A stretch of 64,000 nt of DNA from Eledone cirrhosa (taxonomy: Eukaryota). The notes under the pieces were generated by a model that made no database searches, was not told where the DNA came from, and was given only the letters and a program-made list of their open reading frames with translations. The stretch lies in NCBI GenBank assembly GCA_964016885.1, contig OZ024743.1:236158001-236222000 (forward strand). The letters run 5' to 3'. Positions within the stretch are counted from its first letter, which is position 1; each line of letters begins with the position of its first letter. Made by a program: the position numbers and the translations under genes. Shown here in pieces: positions 13,069-26,200 of the stretch.

Positions 13069-13244
13069 TATGGGTGTGTTTGTTATATATATATATATGC
13101 GTATGTGCGTATTTGTGTGTGTTTAATTGTATGTGTATGCTTGAGTGATTATATATATATATATATTTGAAAAAAGGAAATGAATGACTTCACTTGTAGT
13201 TCTAAATAATTTGATTTTATTTTATAATATTATGAGTTGGTAGA

Positions 13245-13290
13245 TCTAGTTATGCATTTCAGGCTTGGCTGGTCTTCTTCAGGACGGTCC
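13245..13290 (-). ncRNA. Degenerate HHR in a PLE-end-like fragment (13170-13320)
   Basis: CTGAAGA-agac...gcct-GAAA-tgca-TA; stems I and II are imperfect. Confidence 0.45.
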
Positions 13291-13344
13291 CCCCCCCACC
13301 GCTTAGGCGGTGGAGGGACCGTATATATATATATATATATATTT

Positions 13345-15475
13345 GTTTTGCGAGGTTTTTGATATGAAATCGTGTGGAGATGATCATTGAGAGTGAGGTG
13401 GAGTTCTGCGACGTCCACACAGATGAACTGGGCATCCTACTTAGACTTACCTATGACACCGACTACCTAGACAGCCATGACCTTAGCCGTTTCTGCCCGA
13501 GTAGACTCATAAGAGGTAGACCCGCCCCCCATAACCTCAATGGCAAAAAAGACTCCCATGGGAAGGTGGATTGGATGGACCAAAGCCGTACGGACCCCCC
13601 AAAACAATGATCAGGTAAGAAAAATGGTCGCGCATGCAATAGGGGCTAGTATTAAAACTACTCTAAAAGGCCACATATTCAAATTCAACGAGAAGATCTA
13701 CACCCAAAACGAGGGAGCAGCCATTGGCGTCAGTATAGCTGGTGACGTTGCCAACCTTTTTATGGTATGGTGGGAAAGGAGACTCAAAGATCTCTTTGAT
13801 GAGAGCTCCATAGACCTCATCATGTACTCTCGTTACGTAGACGATATTAATATAGTAATAAGGACACCCCCACAAGGGAGTACTAACAAGTATGATTTAG
13901 AATGTAGAATGTGGAAGGGTAGTCGATAGTTACAGTTATACTCTGGTGTATGCAGTTATCTAACTGTAACTATCGACTACCCTTCCAAACACCCTAACAA
14001 TAGACTACCTGTATTAGACACGGAACTCTGGATTAACACTATAGACGAGAGGGCCCAAATTCTCCACTCACACTACGCTAAGCCCATGGCCTCCAAATAC
14101 CTGATACTCAAAAATTCAGCAATGTCCAGTAGTGCTAAGTTTAATATTCTGATCGCAGACTTGGTACGAGTGATGAAGGACGTGTCCCGCACGTGCGACC
14201 CAACAGAAATGGAAAAACACATCCAACACTTCATCAACCGCATGCAGTTCTCTGGCTACAACCAAAGAGACAGAATCAGAGTATACGAAGGAGCCACGGG
14301 GAAGTATAAGACCCTCGTAGAACTGGACATGAAAGGAATTCCATTATACAGGAGCAAATCATCGAATAGCTTAGATAGGACTAAACATAAGATAGGGAAA
14401 GCCACCTCATGGTACGACAACCAGAGATACCAGAGTGTCATGTTCGTGGACGCTATCTCTGGAGGGAAACTAGCTAACCAGTGTAGAAAGGCCCTGAGAA
14501 AGACGCACTTAAAGATTAAAGTGGTAGAAAAGCCAGGAACTACCATAAAATCCCTGATTAGCAAAACACACCATTTAAGAAACCCCACTGTACTAATATG
14601 AAATGTGTTATATGTAAAGTAAACTCCCGAATAAACTGTAAAACTAGAAATGTAGTCTATAGTATAAGATGTACAGAGGGTACTTGCAGAAACAGGACAA
14701 CAACATACATAGGCGAGACAGCTCGTAGCATAGGTGAAAGGATAGACCAACACTGGGGGGAACTAAAAGGACGAAAAAACGGTTCAGTACTATACGAACA
14801 TGCCAGACAACAACATGACGGTAACATAGACAGCATAGAAATTAAAATAATATCTAAACATAGAAATCACCCACCAGATAGGCAAATCAGAGAGGCTAGT
14901 GAAATAGAACGCCAAAACTAAACAGAAAAAATGAATGGAATAACAACGCCCAAACAAACAATACTGACTTAAGAGAAATATAAATAAATAAATAAATATA
15001 TACACAAGCACAATAACAACAAACACATATAAACACACACTAGTAAACTAAGATAGAATACAATAACCAAAACACAGTCACCCAAACGCGAACACACACC
15101 AAACACTATACACACACGCAAACACATGTGCAGAGAAGACAAAAATAAATAAATAAATAAATAAACAGATAAAATAAAGATGGCGTAGATATACAATACA
15201 ACAGGAGGAACATAATAGTACCACTGATGATGTTGCAGATGTGCAACGAAAGAACTTTGTTAGACTATATATATGTGTTTATATCCATATTATATCTGTA
15301 TTTTTACCGTTGGTCAGTCAATGGTAAACATTGAGGACCGAATGAATTAACTGTGGAGATATAAAAGATACAGAAGTGAAAACCAACCAAACAGTGAGTG
15401 TGTTCTGTTGTTATTTCTGGCAATACTATTACATCAATATGACCCTCCCCAAGTATAACAATATAGATATTCCAG
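13345..15475 (+). mobile_element. 5'-truncated Penelope-like element (Neptune-like), RT + GIY-YIG, frameshifted, bounded by (TA)n
   Basis: RT motifs YTQNEGAAIGVSIAG, RYVDDI, LPVLDT, HYAKP. GIY-YIG NVVYSIRC...C...YIGETARSIGERIDQH with upstream CxxC. ORF pieces span 13374-14921. Confidence 0.9.
15216..15266 (+). ncRNA. HHR motif in the 3' region of the PLE
   Basis: CTGATGA (15224-30), t-gttgca(gatg)tgcaac, GAAA (15248-51), gaac-TT; stem I is imperfect. Confidence 0.55.
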
Positions 15476-15509
15476 GTTTGTTATATATATATGTATATGT
15501 ATATATATG

Positions 15510-15600
<91 letters not shown>

Positions 15601-16074
15601 CGTTTCTGAATTTGTTTAGCAAGATTCTTTATCTGAAAACGTGTGTTGAAACCGATATTGTTATACTTTGGGAGGGTCATGTTGCCAATAAGAAACACAC
15701 GCACCAGTTGCTTTCACTTCAATTTATTATAAATTAAATTTATAAATTTAGGAATTTATAAATTTCCGGTTGGTTGGTTGGTTCCACAACCAGACGATTG
15801 TTCATATATTGTCAACGTTCTTTGTGATTATGTCTAATGTGATTATGTCATTTATTTTGTCTGACCTGTTTAGCTTGACTTGTTTTTTGGCTTAGGTGGT
15901 TAATGGCTTCTTGATCGCCTTCTCACTTTGTATGGCCTTTATAACCTATGTTTATTGCTTTGGTCATTTTTAGCCCATGGAGCGCTTGCCAGCATGATTC
16001 GGAATTTGCGTTACGTTGCGCTTTTTCTACCCGCCGAAATGCGATTCTCGCTTAATTTATACTTATATATATAT

Positions 16075-16320
16075 ATATATTGGTAAACAGAATAGAAAAT
16101 GGTGACAAATTGTTCACAGTTGAAAAATGGTTTAATTAGGAATAAAAGAGTATTAGTAATTGTATGGGTTAGTATTCAGTTGTGGTTTTAAGTTTTTAAA
16201 AACTTAAAACCACAACTGAATACTAACCCATACAATTACTAATACTCTTTTATTCCTAATTAAACCATTTTTCAACTGTGAACAATTTGTCACCATTTTC
16301 TATTCCGTTTACCAATATAT
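16075..16320. repeat. ~246-bp spacerless palindrome adjoining (TA)n
   Basis: Centre ttttt|aaaaa at 16197/16198; one mismatch seen between the arms. Confidence 0.92.
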
Positions 16321-16354
16321 AATAACTTGTGTGTTACACCTCTATTCTTTTAAC

Positions 16355-16461
<107 letters not shown>

Positions 16462-16559
16462 TATAATTTCATTCCATTTCCTCTGTCTCTCTCTCTCACT
16501 TTATGTCCCTCTTTCAATCTACTCTCTCACAACCACTATATCTTTCTCTCTATCTTTAT

Positions 16560-16710
16560 CTTATTTTTTGTTATATCTTATTTTATTTTTATATTTTGTT
16601 ATTGCCTCCTCCTTATTGAGGACGCCTTTTTGTGTAAACTCCCCCCTTTGTACTTGTCCCACTTTTGATGCCCTAGTGGCAAATAAAAGAAATATATCTT
16701 TATCTCTCTA
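16560..16710 (+). mobile_element. 3'-end fragment of a related Tx1 element
   Basis: gcctcctccttattgagga...tgtaaa...ctttgtacttgtccc...gccctagtggcaaataaaagaaatatatct matches the reverse complement of 1060-1205. Confidence 0.7.
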
Positions 16711-16878
16711 TTTATGAAGGTACCCGGAAAAAACCCGTATCTCGGGAACCGTGCTTCGATTTACGCGAAATTTGTTTTATTTCATTTATATTCCTATTTC
16801 AGGGTCAACTTCCTTTCAAAGTATTTTCCCATTATGTGGTGTTTTGGCTGCATTAAGTTTCAGACAATCACAAAGTTT

Positions 16879-16966
<88 letters not shown>

Positions 16967-17033
16967 CTTATAGTAGCTATATATATATATATATATGTGT
17001 GTCTTATGGTAGCTAAGATGCGTCCATAGGCGG

Positions 17034-17092
<59 letters not shown>

Positions 17093-17547
17093 GTGAAAGA
17101 GTGAAGAATAACATGATCGGCTGTACAAAAAGGGTTTTATTTACAGTATTAACAATTGTTTCATTGATCAGGTGAGTCTAAAACCCGCTAATCACTCGAA
17201 ATTGCGTCACTCGACCTTAAATACAGTGTTATCCCATATATATATTCGGCGCTGCCATTAAAGTCATTGAAGTCTAAGCGGCAAACCTCAGAGAGACGCT
17301 TTACTGAACCTTAAAGATTCACAGATTCATAGAAATATGTATAATTAAATTGAATATATTATATTTAATTGTGATTAATAAATAAATGATTAAATATTAG
17401 AGAAGGGGGCGGGGCGTATAGGAGAAAGGACACATTATTGTGAGAAGGGAACTCATTAATTGAAGGGTCGCTTAACTGGGAGGAAGTTGCGCATGACTAG
17501 AAGGGACGGCACATTATAGAGATAGTATACGGAGCTATATATCTACC

Positions 17548-17655
17548 ATGGTGATGGGAGAACAATGATGACGGTGATGATGATGATGATCATGATTATG
17601 GTGAAGATGGGGGTGGTGATGATGGTGATGTTGATGGTGATGATGGAGGAGGTGG

Positions 17656-17687
<32 letters not shown>

Positions 17688-17825
17688 GTGGTGAAGGTGA
17701 GGATGATGGTGATGATGGTGGTGGTGGTGGTGATGATGATGGTGGCGGTGGTGGCGATGATGGTGGTGGCGGTGGTGATGGTGGTGAAGGTGATGATGAT
17801 GGTGATGGTGATGATGATTATGACT
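17548..17825. repeat. (GAT/GGT)n compound trinucleotide repeat
   Basis: Direct reading. Confidence 0.95.
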
Positions 17826-17879
17826 AGAAGAGGAGGAGGGAGAACATCTGTTGGAACAGAAGACACCCAGTTTCACCAG

Positions 17880-18097
17880 GCTGCTGCTGTTGTTGTTGTT
17901 GGTGGTGTTGGTGGTCGTGGTGGTGGTGTTGTTGGTGTTGTTGTTGTTGGTGTTGTTGTTGTTGTTGGTGTTGTTGGTGTTGTTGGTGTTGTTGTTGTTG
18001 GTGTTGTTGTTGTTGGTGTTGGTGTTGTTGGTGTTGGTGTTGTTGTTGTTGGTGTTGTTGGTGTTGTTGTTGGTGTTGGTGTTGTTGGTGTTGTTGG

Positions 18098-18128
<31 letters not shown>

Positions 18129-18927
18129 GTTGTTGTTGTTGTTAGTAGTGGTGTTGGTGGTGTTGTTGTTGGTATTGTTGGTGTTGTTGTTGGTGTTGTT
18201 GTTGTTGTTGTTGGTGTTGTTGGTGTTGTTGGTGTTGTTGTTGTTGGTGGTGGTGTTGTTGTTGTTGTTAGTAGTGGTGTTGGTGGTGTTGTTGTTGGTA
18301 TTGTTGGTGGTGTTGTTGGTGTTGTTGTTGTTGTTGTTGTTGGTGTTGTTGGTGTTGTTGGTGTTGTTGTTGTTGGTGGTGGTGTTGTTGTTGTTGTTAG
18401 TAGTGGTGTTGGTGGTGTTGTTGTTGGTATTGTTGGTGGTGTTGTTGGTGTTGTTGTTGTTGTTGTTGGTGTTGTTGGTGTTGTTGGTGTTGTTGTTGTT
18501 GGTGTTGTTGGTGTTGTTGTTGGTGTTGGTGTTGTTGTTGTTGGTGGTGGTGTTGTTGTTGGTGTTGTTGTTGTTGTTGGTGGTGGTGTTGTTGTTGGTG
18601 TTGTTGTTGTTGTTGTTGGTGTTGTTGTTGTTGTTAGTAGTGGTGTTGGTGGTGTTGTTGTTGGTATTGTTGGTGGTGTTGTTGGTGTTGTTGTTGTTGT
18701 TGTTGGTGTTGTTGGTGTTGTTGGTGTTGTTGTTGTTGGTGTTGGTGGTGTTGTTGTTGGTGGTGGTGTTGTTGTTGGTGTTGGTGGTGTTGTTGTTGTT
18801 GGTGGTGGTGTTGTTGTTGGTGTTGTTGTTGGTGTTGTTGGTGGTGTTGTTGGTGTTGTTGTTGTTGGTGTTGTTGTTGTTGTTGTTGTTGGTGGTGGTG
18901 TTGGTGGTGTTGTTGTTGGTGTTGTTG

Positions 18928-18959
<32 letters not shown>

Positions 18960-19689
18960 GTTGGTGGTGTTGTTGTTGTTGTTGGTGTTGTTGTTGTTGT
19001 TAGTAGTGGTGTTGGTGGTGTTGTTGTTGGTATTGTTGGTGGTGTTGTTGGTGTTGTTGTTGTTGTTGTTGTTGTTGTTGGTGTTGTTGGTGTTGTTGGT
19101 GTTGTTGTTGTTGGTGTTGGTGGTGTTGTTGTTGTTGGTGGTGGTGGTGTTGTTGTTGTTGTTGGTGTTGTTGGTGTTGTTGGTGTTGTTGTTGTTGGTG
19201 TTGGTGGTGTTGTTGTTGTTGGTGGTGGTGTTGTTGTTGTTGTTAGTAGTGGTGTTGGTGGTGTTGTTGTTGGTATTGTTGGTGGTGTTGTTAGTGTTGT
19301 TGGTGTTGTTGGTGTTGTTGTTGTTGGTGTTGGTGGTGTTGTTGTTGTTGGTGGTGGTGTTGTTGTTGTTGTTGGTGTTGTTGTTGTTGTTGGTGTTGTT
19401 GGTGTTGTTGGTGTTGTTGTTGGTGTTGGTGTTGTTGTTGTTGTTGTTGGTGGTGGTGGTGTTGTTGTTGTTGGTGTTGGTGTTGGTGTTGTTGGTGTTG
19501 TTGGTGTTGTTGGTGTTGTTGTTGGTGTTGGTGTTGTTGTTGTTGGTGGTGGTGTTGTTGTTGTTGTTGGTGGTGGTGTTGTTGTTGGTGTTGTTGTTGT
19601 TGTTGGTGTTGTTGGTGGTGTTGTTGGTGTTGTTGTTGTTGTTGGTGGTGGTGTTGGTGGTGTTGTTGTTGGTGTTGTTGTTGGTGTTG

Positions 19690-19721
<32 letters not shown>

Positions 19722-20238
19722 GGTGGTGTTGGTGGTGGTGTTGTTGTTGTTGTTAGTAGTGGTGTTGGTGGTGTTGTTGTTGGTATTGTTGGTGGTGTTG
19801 TTGGTGTTGTTGTTGTTGTTGTTGGTGTTGTTGGTGTTGTTGGTGTTGTTGTTGTTGGTGTTGGTGGTGTTGTTGTTGTTGGTGGTGGTGTTGTTGTTGT
19901 TGTTGGTGTTGTTGGTGTTGTTGGTGTTGTTGTTGTTGGTGTTGGTGGTGTTGTTGTTGTTGGTGTTGTTGTTGTTGTTGTTGTTGTTGGTGGTGGTGTT
20001 GTTGTTGTTGGTGTTGGTGTTGGTGTTGTTGGTGTTGTTGGTGTTGTTGTTGTTGGTGTTGTTGGTGTTGTTGTTGGTGTTGGTGTTGTTGTTGTTGGTG
20101 GTGGTGTTGTTGTTGTTGTTGGTGGTGGTGTTGTTGTTGGTGTTGTTGTTGTTGTTGGTGTTGTTGGTGGTGTTGTTGGTGTTGTTGTTGTTGTTGGTGG
20201 TGGTGTTGGTGGTGTTGTTGTTGGTGTTGTTGTTGGTG

Positions 20239-20270
<32 letters not shown>

Positions 20271-23200
20271 GGTGGTGGTGTTGGTGGTGTTGTTGTTGTT
20301 GTTGTTAGTAGTGGTGTTGGTGGTGTTGTTGTTGGTATTGTTGGTGGTGTTGTTGGTGTTGTTGTTGTTGTTGTTGGTGTTGTTGGTGTTGTTGGTGTTG
20401 TTGTTATTGGTGTTGGTGGTGTTGTTGTTGTTGGTGGTGGTGTTGTTGTTGTTGTTGGTGTTGTTGGTGTTGTTGGTGTTGTTGTTGTTGGTGTTGGTGG
20501 TGTTGTTGTTGTTGGTGGTGGTGTTGTTGTTGTTGGTGTTGGTGTTGGTGTTGTTGGTGTTGTTGGTGTTGTTGTTGTTGGTGTTGTTGGTGTTGTTGTT
20601 GGTGGTGGTGTTGTTGTTGTTGTTGTTGGTGGTGGTGGTGTTGTTGTTGTTGGTGGTGGTGTTGTTGTTGTTGTTAGTGGTGGTGTTGGTGGTGTTGTTG
20701 GTGTTGTTGGTGGTGTTGTTGGTGTTGTTGTTGTTGTTGGTGTTGTTGTTGGTGTTGTTGTTGTTGGTGGTGGTGGTGTTGGTGGTGTTGTTGTTGTTGT
20801 TGTTGGTGTTGTTGTTGTTGTTGGTGGTGGTGTTGTTGTTAGTGGTGGTGGTGTTGTTGTTGTTGGTGGTGTTGTTGTTGTTGTTGGTGTTGTTGTTGTT
20901 GTTGGTGGTGGTGTTGTTGTTAGTGGTGGTGTTGTTGTTGTTGGTGGTGTTGTTGTTGGTGTTGTTGGTGGTGTTGTTGGTGTTGTTGTTGTTGTTGTTG
21001 ATGGTGGTGGTGTTGTTGTTGTTAGTGGTGGTGTTGTTGTTGTTGGTGGTGGTGTTGTTGTTGGTGCTATTGGTGGTCGTGGTGGTGTTGGTGGTGTTCG
21101 TGTTGGTGTTGGTGGTGTTGTTGTTGGTGTTGTTGGTGTTGTTGTTGGTGTTGTTGTTGGTGTTGGTGGTGTTGTTGTTGGTGTTGTTGGTGTTGTTGTT
21201 GTTGGTGGTGGTGTTGTTGTTGGTGGTGGTGGTGTTGTTGTTGTTGGTGTTGTTGTTGGTGTTGGTGGTGTTGTTGTTGGTGTTGTTGGTGTTGTTGTTG
21301 GTGGTGTTGTTGTTGTTGGTGTTGTTGGTGTTGTTGTTGGTGTTGTTGGTGTTGTTGGTGTTGTTGTTGGTGGTGTTGTTGGTGTTGTTGGTGTTGTTGT
21401 TGGTGTTGTTGGTGTTGTTGTTGTTATTGGTGTTGTTGTTGTTGGTGGTGTTGTTGGTGTTGTTGTTGGTGTTGTTGGTGTTGTTGTTGTTATTGGTGGT
21501 GTTGTTGTTGTTGTTGGTGTTGTTTGTGTTGTTGTTGGTGTTGTTGGTGTTGTTGTTGTTATTGGTGGTGTTGTTGTTGTTGGTGGTGTTGTTGTTGTTG
21601 GTGTTGTTGTTGTTGTTGTTGGCGTTGTTGTTGGTGTTGGTGGTGTTGTTGTTGTTGCTGTTAGTGTTGTTGTTGTTGGTGTTGTTGCTGGTGTTGGTGG
21701 TGTTGTTGTCGGTGTTGTTGGTGTTGTTGTTGGTGGTGTTGTTGTTGGTGGTGGTGTTGTTGTTGGTGTTGTTGTTGGTGGTGGTGTTGTTGTTGGTGTT
21801 GTTGTTGGTGGTGGTGTTGTTGTTGGTGTTGTTGTTGGTGTTGTTGTTGGTGTTGGTGGTGTTGTTTTTGGTGTTGTTGGTGTTGTTGTTATTGGTGTTG
21901 GTGGTGTTGTTGTTGTTGGTAGTGTTGTTGTTGTTGTTGTTGGTGGTGTTGTTTGTGGTATTGGTGGTGTTGTTGTTGGTGTTGGTGTTAGTGGTATTGT
22001 TGGTGTTGGTGGTGTTGGTGGTGTTGGTGGTGGTGGTGTTGTTGTTGTTGGTGGTGGTGTTGTTGGTGGTGTTGTTGTTGTTGGTGTTGGTGGTGTTGTT
22101 GTTGTTGGTGGTGTTGTTGTTGTTGGTGGTGGTGTTGTTATTGTTGGTGGTGGTGTTGTTGGTGTTGGTGGTGTTGGTGTTGGTGTTGGTGGTGTTGTTG
22201 TTGGTGTTGTTGGTGTTGTTGTTGGTGTTGTTGTTGGTGTTGTTGGTGTTGTTGTTGGTGTTGTTGTTGGTGTTGGTGGTGTTGTTGTTGGTGTTGTTGG
22301 TGTTGTTGTTGTTGTTGGTGGTGTTGGTGGTGGTGGTGGTGGTGTTGTTGTTGTTGGTGTTGTTGTTGGTGTTGGTGGTGTTGTTGTTGGTGTTGTTGGT
22401 GTTGTTGTTGGTGGTGTTGTTGTTGTTGGTGTTGTTGGTGTTGTTGTTGGTGTTCTTGGTGTTGTTGGTGTTGTTGTTGTTATTGGTGTTGTTGTTGTTG
22501 GTGGTGTTGTTGGTGTTGTTGTTGGTGTTGTTGGTGTTGTTGTTGTTATTGGTGGTGTTGTTGTTGTTGTTGGTGTTGTTTGTGTTGTTGTTGGTGTTGT
22601 TGGTGTTGTTGTTGTTATTGGTGGTGTTGTTGTTGTTGGTGGTGTTGTTGTTGTTGGTGTTGTCGTTGTTGTTGTTGGCGTTGTTGTTGGTGTTGTTGGT
22701 GTTGTTGTTGGTGTTGGTGTTGTTGTTGTTGTTGGTGTTGTTGTTGTTGGTGGTGGTGTTGTTGTTGGTGGTGGTGTTGTTGTTGTTGGTGTTGTTGTTG
22801 GTGTTGGTGGTGTTGTTGTTGGTGTTGTAGGTGTTGTTGTTGTTGTTGGTGGTGTTGTTGTTGTTGCTGTTAGTGTTGTTGTTGTTGGTGTTGTTGCTGG
22901 TGTTGGTGGTGTTGTTGTTGGTGTTGTTGGTGTTGTTGTTGGTGGTGTTGTTGTTGGTGGTGGTGTTGTTGTTGGTGTTGTTGTTGGTGGTGGTGTTGTT
23001 GTTGGTGTTGTTGTTGGTGTTGTTGTTGGTGTTGGTGGTGTTGTTTTTGGTGTTGTTGGTGTTGTTGTTATTGGTGTTGGTGGTGTTGTTGTTGTTGGTA
23101 GTGTTGTTGTTGTTGTTGGTGTTGTTTGTGGTATTGGTGGTGTTGTTGTTGGTGTTGGTGTTGGTGGTATTGTTGGTGTTGGTGGTGTTGGTGGTGTTGG

Positions 23201-26200
23201 TGGTGGTGGTGTTGTTGTTGTTGGTGGTGTTGTTGTTGTTGGTGTTGTTGTTGTTGGTGTTGGTGGTGTTGTTGTTGTTGGTGGTGTTGTTGTTGTTGGT
23301 GGTGGTGTTGTTATTGTTGGTGGTGGTGTTGTTGGTGTTGGTGGTGTTGGTGTTGGTGTTGGTGGTGTTGTTGTTGGTGTTGTTGGTGTTGTTGTTGGTG
23401 TTCTTGTTGGTGTTGGTGGTGTTGTTGTTGGTGTTGTTGGTGTTGTTGTTGTTGTTGGTGGTGTTGTTGTTGGTGGTGGTGGTGTTGTTGTTGTTGGTGT
23501 TGTTGTTGGTGTTGGTGGTGTTGTTGTTGGTGTTGTTGGTGTTGTTGTTGGAGGTGTTGTTGTTGTTGGTGTTGTTGGTGTTGTTGTTGGTGTTGTTGTT
23601 GTTGGTGGTGGTGGTGTTGGTGGTGTTGTTGTTGTTGTTGTTGGTGTTGTTGTTGTTGGTGGTGGTGGTGTTGTTGTTAGTGGTGGTGTTGTTGTTGGTG
23701 GTGGTGGTGTTGTTGTTGTTGTTGGTGTTGTTGTTGTTGTTGTTGGTGGTGTTGTTGTTAGTGGTGGTGTTGTTGTTGTTGGTGGTGTTGTTGTTGGTGT
23801 TGTTGGTGGTGTTGTTGGTGTTGTTGTTGTTGTTGTTGATGGTGGTGGTGTTGTTGTTGTTAGTGGTGGTGTTGTTGTTGGTGGTGGTGTTGTTGTTGGT
23901 GCTATTGGTGGTCGTGGTGGTGTTGGTGGTGTTGGTGTTGGTGTTGGTGGTGTTGTTGTTGGTGTTGTTGGTGTTGTTGTTGGTGTTGTTGTTGGTGTTG
24001 GTGGTGTTGTTGTTGGTGTTGTTGGTGTTGTTGTTGTTGTTGGTGGTGTTGTTGTTGGTGGTGGTGGTGTTGTTGTTGTTGGTGTTGTTGTTGGTGTTGG
24101 TGGTGTTGTTGTTGGTGTTGTTGGTGTTGTTGTTGGTGGTGTTGTTGTTGTTGGTGTTGTTGGTGTTGTTGTTGGTGTTGTTGGTGTTGTTGGTGTTGTT
24201 GTTGGTGGTGTTGTTGGTGTTGTTGGTGTTGTTGTTGGTGTTGTTGGTGTTGTTGTTGTTATTGGTGTTGTTGTTGTTGGTGGTGTTGTTGGTGTTGTTG
24301 TTGGTGTTGTTGGTGTTGTTGTTGTTATTGGTGGTGTTGTTGTTGTTGTTGGTGTTGTTTGTGTTGTTGTTGGTGTTGTTGGTGTTGTTGTTGTTATTGG
24401 TGGTGTTGTTGTTGTTGGTGGTGTTGTTGTTGTTGGTGTTGTTGTTGTTGTTGTTGGCGTTGTTGTTGGTGTTGGTGGTGTTGTTGTTGGTGTTGGTGTT
24501 GTTGTTTTTGTTGTTGTTGGTGTTGTTGTTGTTGGTGGTGGTGTTGTTGTTGTTGGTGGTGGTGTTGTTGTTGGTGTTGGTGGTGTTGTTGTTGGTGTTG
24601 TAGGTGTTGTTGTTGTTGTTGGTGGTGTTGTTGTTGTTGCTGTTAGTGTTGTTGTTGTTGGTGTTGTTGCTGGTGTTGGTGGTGTTGTTGTTGGTGTTGT
24701 TGGTGTTGTTGTTGGTGGTGTTGTTGTTGGTGGTGGTGTTGTTGTTGGTGTTGTTGTTGGTGGTGGTGTTGTTGTTGGTGTTGTTGTTGGTGTTGTTGTT
24801 GGTGTTGGTGGTGTTGTTTTTGGTGTTGTTGGTGTTGTTGTTATTGGTGTTGGTGGTGTTGTTGTTGTTGGTAGTGTTGTTGTTGTTGTTGGTGGTGTTG
24901 TTTGTGGTATTGGTGGTGTTGTTGTTGGTGTTGGTGTTGGTGGTATTGTTGGTGTTGGTGGTGTTGGTGGTGTTGGTGGTGGTGGTGTTGTTGTTGTTGG
25001 TGGTGGTGTTGTTGGTGGTGTTGTTGTTGTTGGTGTTGGTGGTGTTGTTGTTGTTGGTGTTGGTGGTGTTGTTGTTGTTGGTGGTGTTGTTGTTGTTGGT
25101 GGTGGTGTTGTTATTGTTGGTGGTGGTGTTGTTGGTGTTGGTGGTGTTGGTGTTGGTGTTGGTGGTGTTGTTGTTGGTGTTGTTGGTGTTGTTGTTGGTG
25201 TTGTTGTTGGTGTTGGTGGTGTTGTTGTTGGTGTTGTTGGTGTTGTTGTTGTTGTTGGTGGTGTTGTTGTTGGTGGTGGTGGTGTTGTTGTTGTTGGTGT
25301 TGTTGTTGGTGTTGGTGGTGTTGTTGTTGGTGTTGTTGGTGTTGTTGGTGGTGTTGTTGTTGTTGGTGTTGTTGGTGTTGTTGTTGGTGTTGTTGGTGTT
25401 GTTGTTGTTATTGGTGTTGTTGTTGTTGGTGGTGTTGTTGGTGTTGTTGTTGGTGTTGTTGGTGTTGTTGTTGTTATTGGTGGTGTTGTTGTTGTTGGTG
25501 TTGTTTGTGTTGTTGTTGGTGTTGTTGGTGTTGTTGTTGTTATTGGTGGTGTTGTTGTTGTTGGTGGTGTTGTTGTTGTTGGTGGTGGTGTTGTTGTTGT
25601 TGGTGTTGGTGTTGTTGGTGTTGTTGGTGTTGTTGTTGTTGGTGTTGTTGGTGTTGTTGTTGGTGGTGATGTTGTTGTTGTTGTTGTTGGTGGTGGTGGT
25701 GTTGTTGTTGTTGGTGGTGGTGTTGTTGTTGTTGTTAGTGGTGGTGTTGGTGGTGTTGTTGTTGGTGTTGTTGGTGGTGTTGTTGGTGTTGTTGTTGGTG
25801 GTGTTGGTGGTGTTGTTGTTGGTGTTGTTGTTGGTGTTGTTGTTGTTGTTGGTGGTGGTGGTGTTGGTGGTGTTGTTGTTGTTGTTGTTGGTGTTGTTGT
25901 TGTTGGTGGTGGTGGTGTTGTTGTTAGTGGTGGTGTTGTTGTTGTTGTTGGTGGTGTTGTTGTTGTTGTTGGTGTTGTTGTTGTTGTTGGTGGTGGTGTT
26001 GTTGTTAGTGGTGGTGTTGTTGTTGTTGGTGGTGTTGTTGTTGGTGTTGTTGGTGGTGTTGTTGGTGTTGTTGTTGTTGTTGTTGATGGTGGTGGTGTTG
26101 TTGTTGTTAGTGGTGGTGTTGTTGTTGTTGGTGGTGGTGTTGTTGTTGGTGCTATTGGTGGTCGTGGTGGTGTTGGTGGTGTTGGTGTTGGTGTTGGTGG